Of a DNA stretch of 64,000 nucleotides, positions 42,963-51,830 are shown in pieces (within the stretch, counting starts at the first letter, position 1; each line of letters starts with the position of its first letter). This stretch comes from Christensenellaceae bacterium. GTDB taxonomy: Bacteria; Bacillota; Clostridia; Christensenellales; CAG-138. The position numbers were made by a program, and so were the translations under genes. The notes under the pieces are model-generated. The model was given only the letters and a program-made list of their open reading frames with translations. It did not search any database and had not been told where the DNA came from. Location: positions 23,723 to 87,722 of the forward strand of contig JAISKB010000013.1 of assembly GCA_031261085.1 (NCBI GenBank), given 5' to 3'.

Positions 42963-43757
42963 TTACCTCGCATATAACAAATACACCAGCGCGTTCACAA
43001 CGCGCACCGGCAGCAGCTTTATGAGCACAGCCAAGCATTTATACCAAAAGCCAATCGCGTACAGCGGCTTGACGCGGCGCTTGCACGCAATGCCCGCTAT
43101 GTATTTACCCGCGGCCTCCGGCCGCATGCCGTTCGCCTCATCCTTTTCCATGCCCGCGACCGACCGCGCGATGCGCCCGTTATAAATATCATCCCCGGCG
43201 GCGGACTTTTCGCGCGCGGCGGTAAAGCCGGTGCGTATATCCCCGGGCATGATCGCGCAGACCGTGATGCCGAATGGCCGCACCTCGTTGGCCAGCGCCA
43301 GCGTATAGGCGTTGATGGCGGCCTTGGCGGCGGAATAATAGGTTTGGAAGGGTATGGCGGCGGGCCCGGCCATCGAGCTGATGTTCACGATGCGGCCCGC
43401 GCCCGCTTGGCGCATCAGGGGCAATATGGCCTTGTTCACATGAACCATGCCAAAAAAGTCCACCTCAAACAGGCGCTTCGCCTCCTCGGCCGCGGTAAAC
43501 TCCACCGCGCCGGATATGCCGAACCCCGCGTTGTTGATGACGATATCCACCCGCCCCTGCTCCCGCAGTATCCGCTCTATGGCGGCCTGCACCTCATCGG
43601 GCTTGGTAACATCGGCGGATATATGGCAAACGCCCTTAGCGCCGCTGCCCGCATGGCGGCTCAGCTCATATACGATACAGCCCGCCGCGCAGAGCGCCTG
43701 CGCCGTACACAGCCCTATGCCGGAGCTGCCCCCCGTAACGACGGCCACCTTTGGCAT
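42963..43757 (-). CDS. Short-chain dehydrogenase/reductase with a hydrophobic C-terminal tail
   Basis: VTGGSSGIG, NNAG and the YYSAAK catalytic Y-x-x-x-K. The C-terminus LYAIGFWYKCLAVLIKLLPVRVVNALVYLLY is amphipathic/hydrophobic. Confidence 0.85.
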   Translation of the reverse strand: MPKVAVVTGGSSGIGLCTAQALCAAGCIVYELSRHAGSGAKGVCHISADVTKPDEVQAAIERILREQGRVDIVINNAGFGISGAVEFTAAEEAKRLFEVDFFGMVHVNKAILPLMRQAGAGRIVNISSMAGPAAIPFQTYYSAAKAAINAYTLALANEVRPFGITVCAIMPGDIRTGFTAAREKSAAGDDIYNGRIARSVAGMEKDEANGMRPEAAGKYIAGIACKRRVKPLYAIGFWYKCLAVLIKLLPVRVVNALVYLLYAR

Positions 43758-43759
43758 AC

Positions 43760-44932
43760 TCAGGCCCCCAGCATCGCGCCGGCAATGCTATCCATAGCTT
43801 CATCGAGCAGCGCCTCGGTATGGCTGGCCATATAGCTGGTGCGCAGCAGGCACTCGCCCTCCGGCGTGGCCGGCGGGAGCACCGGGTTTACATATACTCC
43901 CGCGTCGTAAATGGCGCGCGCCTTTTCGAGCGTGTTCATGATTTCATAGGTGTAAATCGGCACGATGGGCGTTTGCGAAGCCCGCGCCTTAATCCCCCGC
44001 GCAGCCAAGCCCTGCCGCGCATAGGTCGAAAGCGCGTCAAGGCGCGCCACCAGCTCGGGATGCTTTTTTAAGTATCGCAGCGCCGCCAGCGCACAAGCGC
44101 AGCTGGCCGGCGTAATGGACGCCGAAAATATAAACGGGCGGGAATTGACACGCACATAATCCGCCACATCGGCGCTGGCCGCCATGTAGCCGCCCAAGCT
44201 CGCAAGGGATTTGCTGAACGTGCCCATATACACATCCACATCCTTCTCCAAGCCAAAGTGGCTTGCCGTGCCCCGGCCGCCTTCGCCCAGCACGCCCAGC
44301 CCATGCGCGTCATCCACCATAACGCGGGCGCCATATTGCTTGGCCAGCCGCACGATTTGGGGCAGGTCGGCTATATCGCCGCCCATGCTAAACACGCCGT
44401 CCGTCACGATAAGGCAGCCCGCAGTGGCGGGCACGCTCTGCAATATCTTTTCGAGATCCTCCATATCGTTGTGCCGGTAGCGCAGCATTTTGCCATAGCT
44501 CAGCCTGCACCCGTCGTAGATGCTGGCATGGTTTTCACGGTCGCACACCACATAATCGCCCAAGCCCACCAGCGCGCTCACAATGCCCAGGTTGGATTGG
44601 AACCCGGTGGAAAACGTGACCACCGCTTCTTTGCGCAAAAACGCGGCCAGCTCGCTTTCCAGCTCCAGGTGCAGCTCCAGCGTGCCGTTTAAAAACCGGG
44701 AGCCGGAGCAGCCCGAGCCATAGCGCTCCACCGCCTTCACGCCGGCCTCCATCACCTCGGGGTTTACCGTAAGCCCAAGGTAATTGTTGGAGCCCAGCAT
44801 GATGCGGCGCTTGCCCTCCATCGTCACCTCGGCATCCTGACGGGACTCCAGCGCGTGAAAATATGGGTTGATCCCCTTTGCCTGCGCCTCCCGCGCAAAG
44901 GAAGGCCGCGTTACCTTTTCAAAAATATCCAT
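43760..44932 (-). CDS. PLP-dependent alpha-oxoamine synthase, serine-palmitoyltransferase-like
   Basis: GSNNYLGL, GSGCSGSRFLNGT, HASIYDGC, RYRHND, DDAHGLG, GTFSKS (PLP lysine) and YVNPVLPPATPEGECLLRTS. As I recall them, these resemble SPT more than BioF or KBL. Confidence 0.8.
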   Translation of the reverse strand: MDIFEKVTRPSFAREAQAKGINPYFHALESRQDAEVTMEGKRRIMLGSNNYLGLTVNPEVMEAGVKAVERYGSGCSGSRFLNGTLELHLELESELAAFLRKEAVVTFSTGFQSNLGIVSALVGLGDYVVCDRENHASIYDGCRLSYGKMLRYRHNDMEDLEKILQSVPATAGCLIVTDGVFSMGGDIADLPQIVRLAKQYGARVMVDDAHGLGVLGEGGRGTASHFGLEKDVDVYMGTFSKSLASLGGYMAASADVADYVRVNSRPFIFSASITPASCACALAALRYLKKHPELVARLDALSTYARQGLAARGIKARASQTPIVPIYTYEIMNTLEKARAIYDAGVYVNPVLPPATPEGECLLRTSYMASHTEALLDEAMDSIAGAMLGA

Positions 44933-44964
44933 CTTATTGCCTCTCCATTAAATCAATTGTCCTA

Positions 44965-46695
44965 TCAGGCGGTTATGGCCTCGCCGCCCGCAGCGCCCCG
45001 GCGCTGTTCCTCCTCTTCGAGCTGGCGATACGCCACCTTGCCCACCAGCGTTTTGGGGAACTGCTCGCGGAATTCGATATCGCAGGGCATCGCATATTTT
45101 GCGATGTGCTTGCGGCAATACGCCATAAGCTGCCGCTTGTTCTCGGCATCCGCCCGCACGCCGGGCTTGAGCATAACAAACGCCTTCACCTTTTGCATCT
45201 TCACAGGGTCCGGCACGCCAATCACGCAGCTCATCTGCACCAGCTCGTTCGCATCCAATATGTTTTCGAGCTGCGAAGGATATACGTTATAGCCGCTGGT
45301 GATGATCAGGCGCTTGATGCGCTGGCGAAAATATACGAAGCCATCGTCATCCATGGCGCCCAAATCCCCGGTATGCACCCAGGTATAGCCATCGGCATGC
45401 GTTTGCAGTACCTGCGCCGTTTCTTCGGGGTGGTTTAGGTACCCCAGCATTACCGTAGGCCCGGCGAGGCAAATTTCCCCCTGCTCGCCATACGGCAATT
45501 CTTCTTGCGTGCCGGGCCGCACGATTTTATAGAAGGTATCCGGGAAGGGCTGGCCTATGCTGCCCTCCTTCGCCAGGTGCAGCGGCGTAAGGCAGCTGGC
45601 CGTCACGCATTCGGTGGTGCCATAGCCCTCGCGTATCCGCACATCGGCATGGTGCTCCGCCAAAAAGGCGTCCACCCGCTTTTTCAGCTCCACCGAAAGG
45701 CTGTCGCCGCCGCTGAACACGCCCTTGAGCGAGGAGAGGTTCACCCCCTGCATAACGGGCTGGCGCAGCAGCGCTTCGTATAGCGTGGGCACCCCCGCGA
45801 TGAAGTTGCACTTATATTTTTTGATGAGCTTTGCATAGCTTTCGGGTGTAAAGCGCGGCACCAGTATGCAGCGCCCGCCCTTTGAAAGCATGGTGTGGAT
45901 GCATACCCCCAGGCCAAAGCCGTGGAACATGGGCATGACCGCCAGCATGGTATCGCCCGCGCAAAACACGGGGTTGGTGGCTATAACCTGGCAGCTGAGC
46001 GCGTTGAAATTAAGATTGGAAAGTAAAATGCCTTTTGTTACGCCCGTTGTGCCGCCGCTGTATAGTATCACCGCAGGATCCTGCGCCTGCTTGTTGGCGC
46101 GGTGCTTCCAGTGATATTGCTTGCCTCTGTGCATAAATTCCGCCCACCGTATAACCGGCGCGTCCTGCGGGATCTTTTGTATTTTCCACCCCTCCACCAG
46201 CATATACCCCGCCTTTATGGTAGGGGAAAGCGCATCTTTAATGCTGGCGATAATCACCTGATTCAGCTCCACATTTTGCCGTATTGCTTCGAATTTATAG
46301 TAAAACTGATCCAGCGTGATGGCAACAACGCTGCCGGATTCCTGAATGAAAAACTCAATCTCCTTTTCGCTGGAAAGCGGGTGTACCATATTGGCAATCG
46401 CGCCCACCAGGTTGACCGCATAAAACATGATGACGGTTTGCGGGCAGTTGGGCATGCAGATGGTTATTTTATCGTTTTCGCGTATGCCGATGGCCTTTAG
46501 CGCGCGGGCGCACAGCTCCACCTGCTGCACCAGCCTTGCATAGGTCGTATGCTGCCCCATAAAATCATACGCGATATAATTGGGGTATTGTTTTGCAACG
46601 CCCTCCACCATATCCCACATGGAGCCGCTTTCATACGTTAGCGTTTGCGGCACGCTGCCATAGTTATTGAGCCATGGCGCCCTCACAGTTTGCAT
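44965..46695 (-). CDS. AMP-forming acyl-CoA synthetase (long-chain fatty-acid-CoA ligase-like)
   Basis: YSGGTTGVTKG (AMP-binding motif), EGYGTTE, TGDLG and a trailing K. The ATG at 46695 lies 8 nt after GGAAGGAGGAA. Confidence 0.85.
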   Translation of the reverse strand: MQTVRAPWLNNYGSVPQTLTYESGSMWDMVEGVAKQYPNYIAYDFMGQHTTYARLVQQVELCARALKAIGIRENDKITICMPNCPQTVIMFYAVNLVGAIANMVHPLSSEKEIEFFIQESGSVVAITLDQFYYKFEAIRQNVELNQVIIASIKDALSPTIKAGYMLVEGWKIQKIPQDAPVIRWAEFMHRGKQYHWKHRANKQAQDPAVILYSGGTTGVTKGILLSNLNFNALSCQVIATNPVFCAGDTMLAVMPMFHGFGLGVCIHTMLSKGGRCILVPRFTPESYAKLIKKYKCNFIAGVPTLYEALLRQPVMQGVNLSSLKGVFSGGDSLSVELKKRVDAFLAEHHADVRIREGYGTTECVTASCLTPLHLAKEGSIGQPFPDTFYKIVRPGTQEELPYGEQGEICLAGPTVMLGYLNHPEETAQVLQTHADGYTWVHTGDLGAMDDDGFVYFRQRIKRLIITSGYNVYPSQLENILDANELVQMSCVIGVPDPVKMQKVKAFVMLKPGVRADAENKRQLMAYCRKHIAKYAMPCDIEFREQFPKTLVGKVAYRQLEEEEQRRGAAGGEAITA

Positions 46696-46733
46696 GAATT
46701 CAATTCCTCCTTCCGCTCTCTTTGCAGCGGTCT

Positions 46734-47615
46734 TCATTCTACCGGCGCGCCCATGGGCAGGTCCAGCAGCTCGGGCTGTTCAAACAGCCTGCGCAGCAGC
46801 TTGATGCTGTTGGCAAAATACATGCCGTCCGCAATGCGCTCATCGATGGTCATGCCCAGCTCCAGCGCCTCGCGCACCTCGCAGCTGCCATCCGCCTGAT
46901 AAAAGGGCGTGGGCTTCTTTTCGCCCACCAGCACAAAGCACGAATTGGTGCCCCAGTCGGCCAAATGGTGGTAGTTGGCATGCATCTTGATGGACCCCAG
47001 GTTGGAAAGGAACACCGACGAAAAGTATGGGTCGTCATACATGAGCATGTCGGGGTACATCCCGTGGTAATCCAACCACCGCAGCAGCGACGTCGCAAGG
47101 CGCAGCAGCGGGCGCGGCAGCTTCACGAGCATATCCATCTTATCGGTCGTGCCATCCATCTCGTTGTTTTTGCGCACGGAATAGACGATTTTTTTCACCT
47201 TTTCATATATCTGCTCGATGGGCGGCTGGTCGCCTTCCTGATCCATCGTGATAATCGCCACACCCTCTTCGCTATCATCGACAAAGCGCTTTTTCACCAT
47301 GAACGAAAGCACGATGTCCTTGCGCTGATACAGCCTTTGCCCCGCGTAAAAACGGTTCATCTTGGGCCGCAGCAGGCAGGTTTTTGCGATGGCCGCGCAG
47401 ATTACATGAAAAATCGTGTATTTAAACTCGGGGTTTTCAGCGTTCTTCTTCGCGATGTATTGGTTCACGGCGGTCAAATCCACCACCTCGCTCATCACGG
47501 CCTCGTTATCCGCACGGCTTGGCGCCAAAAACGGGAACAGCACATGCATCGCATCCACATCCCGCACCCAATACCCATCCTTACGGTCGCCCCGGCGTTT
47601 TTTTGCCTTTTCCAT
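46734..47615 (-). CDS. Acyltransferase with a 2-oxoacid dehydrogenase E2 / chloramphenicol-acetyltransferase-like catalytic fold
   Basis: 293 aa. NYHHLADWG resembles the H-x-x-x-DG active-site motif. The overall layout resembles the PF00198 catalytic domain without lipoyl or E3-binding domains. The ATG at 47615 lies 7 nt after GAGGAG. Confidence 0.65.
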   Translation of the reverse strand: MEKAKKRRGDRKDGYWVRDVDAMHVLFPFLAPSRADNEAVMSEVVDLTAVNQYIAKKNAENPEFKYTIFHVICAAIAKTCLLRPKMNRFYAGQRLYQRKDIVLSFMVKKRFVDDSEEGVAIITMDQEGDQPPIEQIYEKVKKIVYSVRKNNEMDGTTDKMDMLVKLPRPLLRLATSLLRWLDYHGMYPDMLMYDDPYFSSVFLSNLGSIKMHANYHHLADWGTNSCFVLVGEKKPTPFYQADGSCEVREALELGMTIDERIADGMYFANSIKLLRRLFEQPELLDLPMGAPVE

Positions 47616-47619
47616 ACCC

Positions 47620-48321
47620 TTACTCCTCATCGATTTGTTTGTTTTTATTCTTGCTTTGGCGGTATGCTACGGTTGTAGCGATGAGCCGTTTGGCCAAATC
47701 GCACAGCAGCAGCAATACGACGAACATCCCTATCCACACCGCGATGTTGATGCGAAATTCCACGCTCAGCCACAGCTTGCTCTGCAGGGCATCCATGGTA
47801 ATGAATGTGAGCATGCACCCTACAAGATAGGCGGTAAGCACGATGCGCTGCGGCTTATAGGTGGCCCGCCGCACATAAAAGCGGCCCAGCACCAGCGCTA
47901 CCGCCACCACGGTGTATTTAATAAGGAAAGCGACCGGCGCCGCCAGCACCAGCCCGGCGTGGCTCGACCTATCCATATTGAGGAACAATTCGAGCGCATA
48001 GAGCACCGGCACGATGCACAGCCCGCACCAAAGCACGCTCCGCATGATTTCCAGCAGCTGCTCGCCCCAAGTCTGCCGGGGGCTGTTGGCGACCAAATCC
48101 CGGCAGAAGGCCCCAAAATCCATCCCCACCACTTCGGAAAACGGCTGCCCGCGCTGCTCGCTCTCCTGCGCCATGCCCACCAGGTCCGAAATCGTTTCCT
48201 CATATACGATCTCGTTGAGGTGGCGCGTGGCCAAGTAGGCCGCCATGTTGCGCAATGTTTTCCTGTTCGTTGCGGATAGCCTTCGTATCGCTTGCCTAAG
48301 CTCCTTACGCATCCTCGTCAC
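47620..48321 (-). CDS. PadR-associated membrane protein (DUF1129-like)
   Basis: An N-terminal helical soluble part is followed by 4-5 TM helices. It overlaps the 3' end of the PadR gene. Confidence 0.6.
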   Translation of the reverse strand: MTRMRKELRQAIRRLSATNRKTLRNMAAYLATRHLNEIVYEETISDLVGMAQESEQRGQPFSEVVGMDFGAFCRDLVANSPRQTWGEQLLEIMRSVLWCGLCIVPVLYALELFLNMDRSSHAGLVLAAPVAFLIKYTVVAVALVLGRFYVRRATYKPQRIVLTAYLVGCMLTFITMDALQSKLWLSVEFRINIAVWIGMFVVLLLLCDLAKRLIATTVAYRQSKNKNKQIDEE

Positions 48322-48643
48322 CTACCCTTTTTTCAAGCCTGTTCACCGCGCCGCTCAAATTCCACCAGTATTGTTGAAAGGACTCCAAATCAGCCCGCCC
48401 CACAGGCGTTATGGTGAAATACTTGCGTTTGGGGCCCAACGGCGAAGGCTGAAGCTGCGCGGTGATGCTCCCCTGCTTTTCCAAGCGCAGCAACAGAGGG
48501 TATATCGTACCCTCCGCAATATCGTCGAACCCATTGGTCTTTAGATATTCCAGTATTTCGTAGCCATAGGTTGTTTTTTTGCTGATGATTTTTAAGATGC
48601 AGCCCTCGAGCGTGCCCCGCATCAGCTGTGATTTGTCAAACAC
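48305..48643 (-). CDS. PadR-family transcriptional regulator
   Basis: GTLEGCILKIISKKTTYGYEILEYLKTNGFDDIAEGTIYPLLLRLEKQG...KRKYFTIT. A GTG at 48643 lies 5 nt after GAGGG. The track ORF starts at TTG 48658. Confidence 0.85.
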   Translation of the reverse strand: MFDKSQLMRGTLEGCILKIISKKTTYGYEILEYLKTNGFDDIAEGTIYPLLLRLEKQGSITAQLQPSPLGPKRKYFTITPVGRADLESFQQYWWNLSGAVNRLEKRVGDEDA

Positions 48644-48685
48644 GCATACCCTCGCCAACTACTTTGTTCTACACAGTACTGGTAT

Positions 48686-48714
48686 ATTGTACCGCCATGT
48701 AGCGCTCGTGTCAA
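48686..48714 (-). promoter_or_regulatory. Near-consensus promoter of the PadR-headed operon
   Basis: On the minus strand: TTGACA (48714-48709), a 17-nt spacer, TACAAT (48691-48686). CTACA...TGTAG inverted arms flank the -10. Confidence 0.65.
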
Positions 48715-48856
48715 TATTGGGGAGAAATAATAGAATTTAGGGGAAAAAAAGGGAAAAGGGGGAGAAATGTGTTTGTCGAACGCGATGAGCGCTTCTAAAA
48801 TTCACGATTCAAACAGCAGACAATCTCCAACGCATAGGCGACTAAATAAACCATAC

Positions 48857-48904
48857 TAACAAATAAGCGGCGAAACAAAAAACTGTTTCGCCGCTTATTT
48901 GTTA
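48857..48904. terminator. Perfect 21-bp stem hairpin downstream of the DUF3825-like gene
   Basis: TAACAAATAAGCGGCGAAACA, a 5-6-nt A-rich loop, then TGTTTCGCCGCTTATTTGTTA. No clear U-tract on either side. Confidence 0.5.
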
Positions 48905-49005
48905 GTAAAAACAAAATCAGTAAATTAAAAAAAACATCTGTAATCAGTAGTAAAGCTACTGTACCTATAGTATATGCAGCTGAATTCCAAAAGTCAACTG
49001 AAATA

Positions 49006-49746
49006 TTATGGCTTTAACCAAGCACTATCTGGCCGCGCAATTAATCGAGCGTTATTATATGCCATATCTAAAGTCAAGCATGTATGCCCCAAATATTGGT
49101 TGCCTGCACTATTTTTGCTAACCACTAACGCTAAATCAGGGGCATTTTCGCTAATCAAAGAAACAGGAATTAATAGTTGAATGCGCCCCTTATAATATTG
49201 GGGAACAGCCGTTTTATAATTTGCATCAATCATGCACTTAGCTCTTTTTATTGCTCCGTCAAATAGCATTGTCCTATTCGGACTTTCTCTTATGGATTCA
49301 GGAATGCGCAAAAAGTTTTCAGCTTCATTAAATATGTGTGGATATTGAGGAATAATATCACAATTTGTATCGAAAACCAGTGCGGAAGGATCGGAAAAAT
49401 AGTTCGCTCTTTTGGGAAACTCGCTAATCCCCATGATTGCCATCTGATAGGAAGTGTAAAACCCGTCCAAAAACCACTTCTGTCTATCTTGTATTTTATT
49501 TAATGCAAAATATGCGTAGATGCTTTCATAAAACAGCGTATATAGGCCAGTATTTAACAAACAAAATGTATCCGTACACAAAAGTTGATTCTCTTCGGCA
49601 ACCTTTGCAAAAGTATATTCAATATAGTTTTTTAATATTGTATTGTCAGAATTTGTTCCAAAGCTCCATTTTTCTGGACACAGCTTAGATAATGCAGAAA
49701 TCTTTCTTTCATATTCTGCACAGTATGCAAAGTCAAACAATCGCAT
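49006..49746 (-). CDS. DUF3825-like protein of unknown function
   Basis: 246 aa. KWSFGTNSDNTILKNYIEYTFAKV, LLNTGLYTLFYESIYAYF and AVPQYYKGRIQLLIPVSL...GHTCLTLDMAYNNARLIARPDSAWL match my recollection of DUF3825. A sampled line is about 32% GC. Confidence 0.55.
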   Translation of the reverse strand: MRLFDFAYCAEYERKISALSKLCPEKWSFGTNSDNTILKNYIEYTFAKVAEENQLLCTDTFCLLNTGLYTLFYESIYAYFALNKIQDRQKWFLDGFYTSYQMAIMGISEFPKRANYFSDPSALVFDTNCDIIPQYPHIFNEAENFLRIPESIRESPNRTMLFDGAIKRAKCMIDANYKTAVPQYYKGRIQLLIPVSLISENAPDLALVVSKNSAGNQYLGHTCLTLDMAYNNARLIARPDSAWLKP

Positions 49747-49934
49747 AATATCTACTCCTCTATAAAAAACTTTAAATAATTATATCATAGATGCTCATAA
49801 TTCCCCAGCAAATCATAATTTACAAAGGCATCGTATTCACGATGCCACCGCTGTTCTTCGCCTGGAAGTTAACCAGAGTAAATGATATGCCCGGACTTTT
49901 TATCAGCAGGCTGCCCTATTAATATAAAACTCAA

Positions 49935-49985
49935 AGCGGCCGATAAGGGTTTGAATCCCTACCAACCGCTCGTGATTCTTTGCGC
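49935..49985 (-). terminator. Intrinsic terminator of the permease gene
   Basis: On the minus strand, the imperfect stem GAGCGGTTGGTAGGG-ATTCAAA-CCCTTATCGGCCGCT is followed by TTGAGTTTTATATT. Confidence 0.5.
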
Positions 49986-50029
49986 CTCACCCACCAATAC
50001 CTTAGCAAAGCGCTATTGCAGCATTTCTA

Positions 50030-51427
50030 TTATTCTTCCGCCTGCTTCTTTTCGCCGATGGACAGCAGCAGGTTGAGCAGGATGCCGAACACGGCGGCCG
50101 CGGCGATGCAGGGTACCGTGAACGTGGTGAGTTCAGCCCCTTTATAGTAAGCAAAGAGGGGGATGTTGCCGCCGAAGGCGTAGTTGCCGCCAATGCCAAT
50201 TACCATGATGGTGGCGATGACCGCAATGTTTTTGGCGCTGAACATATCTACCTTTTTATCTATCATGATCGCAATGCCCTGCGCCGCTATCGCGCCAAAC
50301 AGGAACACCTCCAGCCCGCCGATGACCGCTTGCGGGAGCGAGTATATCGCATTGACCAGCGGCGTGAAGAACGAGAGAACCATGGCGATGATGGCGGCGG
50401 CAATCAATACCGAGGTGGAGAACACCTTGGTGATGGCCATTGCGCTTATGTTTTCGCCATAGTTGGTGCCGGCAGGCCCGCCTACGAAGGCCGAAATCAT
50501 GTCGCCCAGGCCGTCGCCGATGAGGTTGAGCCCAAGCTTGTCGGATAGGTTGTAAACCTTATCGGAGCCCTTTTTCTTGGCTAGGTCGTTTACATAAATA
50601 TCCAGCTGATAGATATGCGCCGTGGATTCGGGTATGGTGGCTATTGCGATTGGCATGATGGCCAGTATGGCGTAGCCCGTGGGGTGCGGCAGCGTGAAAT
50701 GCGGGATTTGGAAGAAGCCCGCCACCTCGGCGCCCGGCACGATGCGGAACAGGTTTACGCCGGTCGCCAGCGATACGATGCCCGCGGCGATACAGCCCAC
50801 AATGGGGCCGAGCAGCAGCGGCAGCTGCCCCCAGAAGCCCTTTAGGTAAACGGTAAACAGTATCGTGGCCAGCAGCGTGATGATGCCCACGAGCCAGGCA
50901 TAGTTGAGGGCCAGCTCCGGCAAAACCGCGATGGCGCGCGCCGCATTGGTGGAGCAGATATCCGACAGCGCGTTGCCGGCCAGCGTAAGGCCGATAATCA
51001 TTGCGATGGGGCCGGTGATAGAGGCGGGGAGTATCTTTTCTACCGCTTTGTTGCCGGCGGCCTTTACGAGGAACCCGGCGGCGATGGAAACGAGGCCCGA
51101 CATGATAATACCAAACTGCGCAACGGCGATTTTTTCATCCATCGTGGCGTTCAAAAGCTGTTCGGAGCTCATGAGCGACATGATGGCCGCGAGGTAAGAG
51201 AAGCTTGAGCCATAGTAGAGCGGTATTTTGCGGCCGGTAATAAGTATGAAGCAAATGGTTGCCAGGCCGCTCGCAAATATGGTGGTGGAGATGTGGAACC
51301 CCGTAATAAGCGCCACCGTAACGGTAGCCGGGAACATGACCACGACTTGCTGCAGCGCGTAAAGCAGCAGCTTTAAGAATGGCGGCTGCTCATCCGGCAG
51401 GTATCCGATCGTATGCTCTTTTTTCAT
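50030..51427 (-). CDS. Nucleobase:cation symporter-2 (NCS2) family permease (uracil/xanthine type)
   Basis: 465 aa and polytopic. QQVVVMFPATVTV, the PLYYGSSFSY region and GGPAGTNYGENI are typical of NCS2. Confidence 0.88.
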   Translation of the reverse strand: MKKEHTIGYLPDEQPPFLKLLLYALQQVVVMFPATVTVALITGFHISTTIFASGLATICFILITGRKIPLYYGSSFSYLAAIMSLMSSEQLLNATMDEKIAVAQFGIIMSGLVSIAAGFLVKAAGNKAVEKILPASITGPIAMIIGLTLAGNALSDICSTNAARAIAVLPELALNYAWLVGIITLLATILFTVYLKGFWGQLPLLLGPIVGCIAAGIVSLATGVNLFRIVPGAEVAGFFQIPHFTLPHPTGYAILAIMPIAIATIPESTAHIYQLDIYVNDLAKKKGSDKVYNLSDKLGLNLIGDGLGDMISAFVGGPAGTNYGENISAMAITKVFSTSVLIAAAIIAMVLSFFTPLVNAIYSLPQAVIGGLEVFLFGAIAAQGIAIMIDKKVDMFSAKNIAVIATIMVIGIGGNYAFGGNIPLFAYYKGAELTTFTVPCIAAAAVFGILLNLLLSIGEKKQAEE

Positions 51428-51830
51428 GTGACATCCTCCTCTTTATTGTGTGCTTTATATCATAGGGTCAAACGGCGATGTTCGCCATCCCTCCCCTGGT
51501 ACCCTGCCAAAGAGCGGCCACCTTGCGCCGGAGTATGCTTTTACCTGCAAAAATAAAAGCCCTGCCGGCGGAATGCTAGCAAGACTGCAGGGAACCTAAG
51601 CCCCCTCAATACGCTTATCTTGCAGGCATCTCTGTACCTGTTTTAAAGATAAAATGCAACTATTCAATTGAACCCAACGCTTGTCCTTCGCAAAAGGATA
51701 CCACACCTCACGCGCGCTGTCAATCCATATTCCTTGTGCGCGGCGGCGGTTTGGGTACGTGGGTTCCCTTTTTATGCGCAGTTCTTCTATTTCCCGTTCC
51801 TTTTCCTTGATATTTGCCCATTCCTTTTTC

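Noticed and set aside
48715-48856. A 30-codon ORF (MCLSNAMSASKIHDSNSRQSPTHRRLNKPY) after a purine-rich GGGGGAGAA stretch
   Set aside because: The spacing between the SD-like sequence and the ATG is only 2-3 nt. It has no homology or conservation evidence and sits in an AT-rich spacer where short ORFs arise by chance.
49941-49975. A tRNA T-arm-like sequence (AAGGGTTTGAATCCCTACCAACCGCT) that could mark an integration att site for the DUF3825 islet
   Set aside because: The T-stem is imperfect, there is no acceptor/CCA context and no matching tRNA gene or second copy in the window. On the minus strand it folds as a hairpin followed by a U-rich tract directly after the permease stop, so it is better explained as that gene's terminator.
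51487-51500. PyrR binding sites in the permease and pyrF leaders
   Set aside because: The best candidates (ACCAGGGGAGGGAU at 51500-51487 and AACCGGAGGAUU at about 59475-59464) deviate from the ARUCCAGAGAGGYU core at several invariant positions. No pyrR gene is in the window. This needs a covariance-model search before any call.
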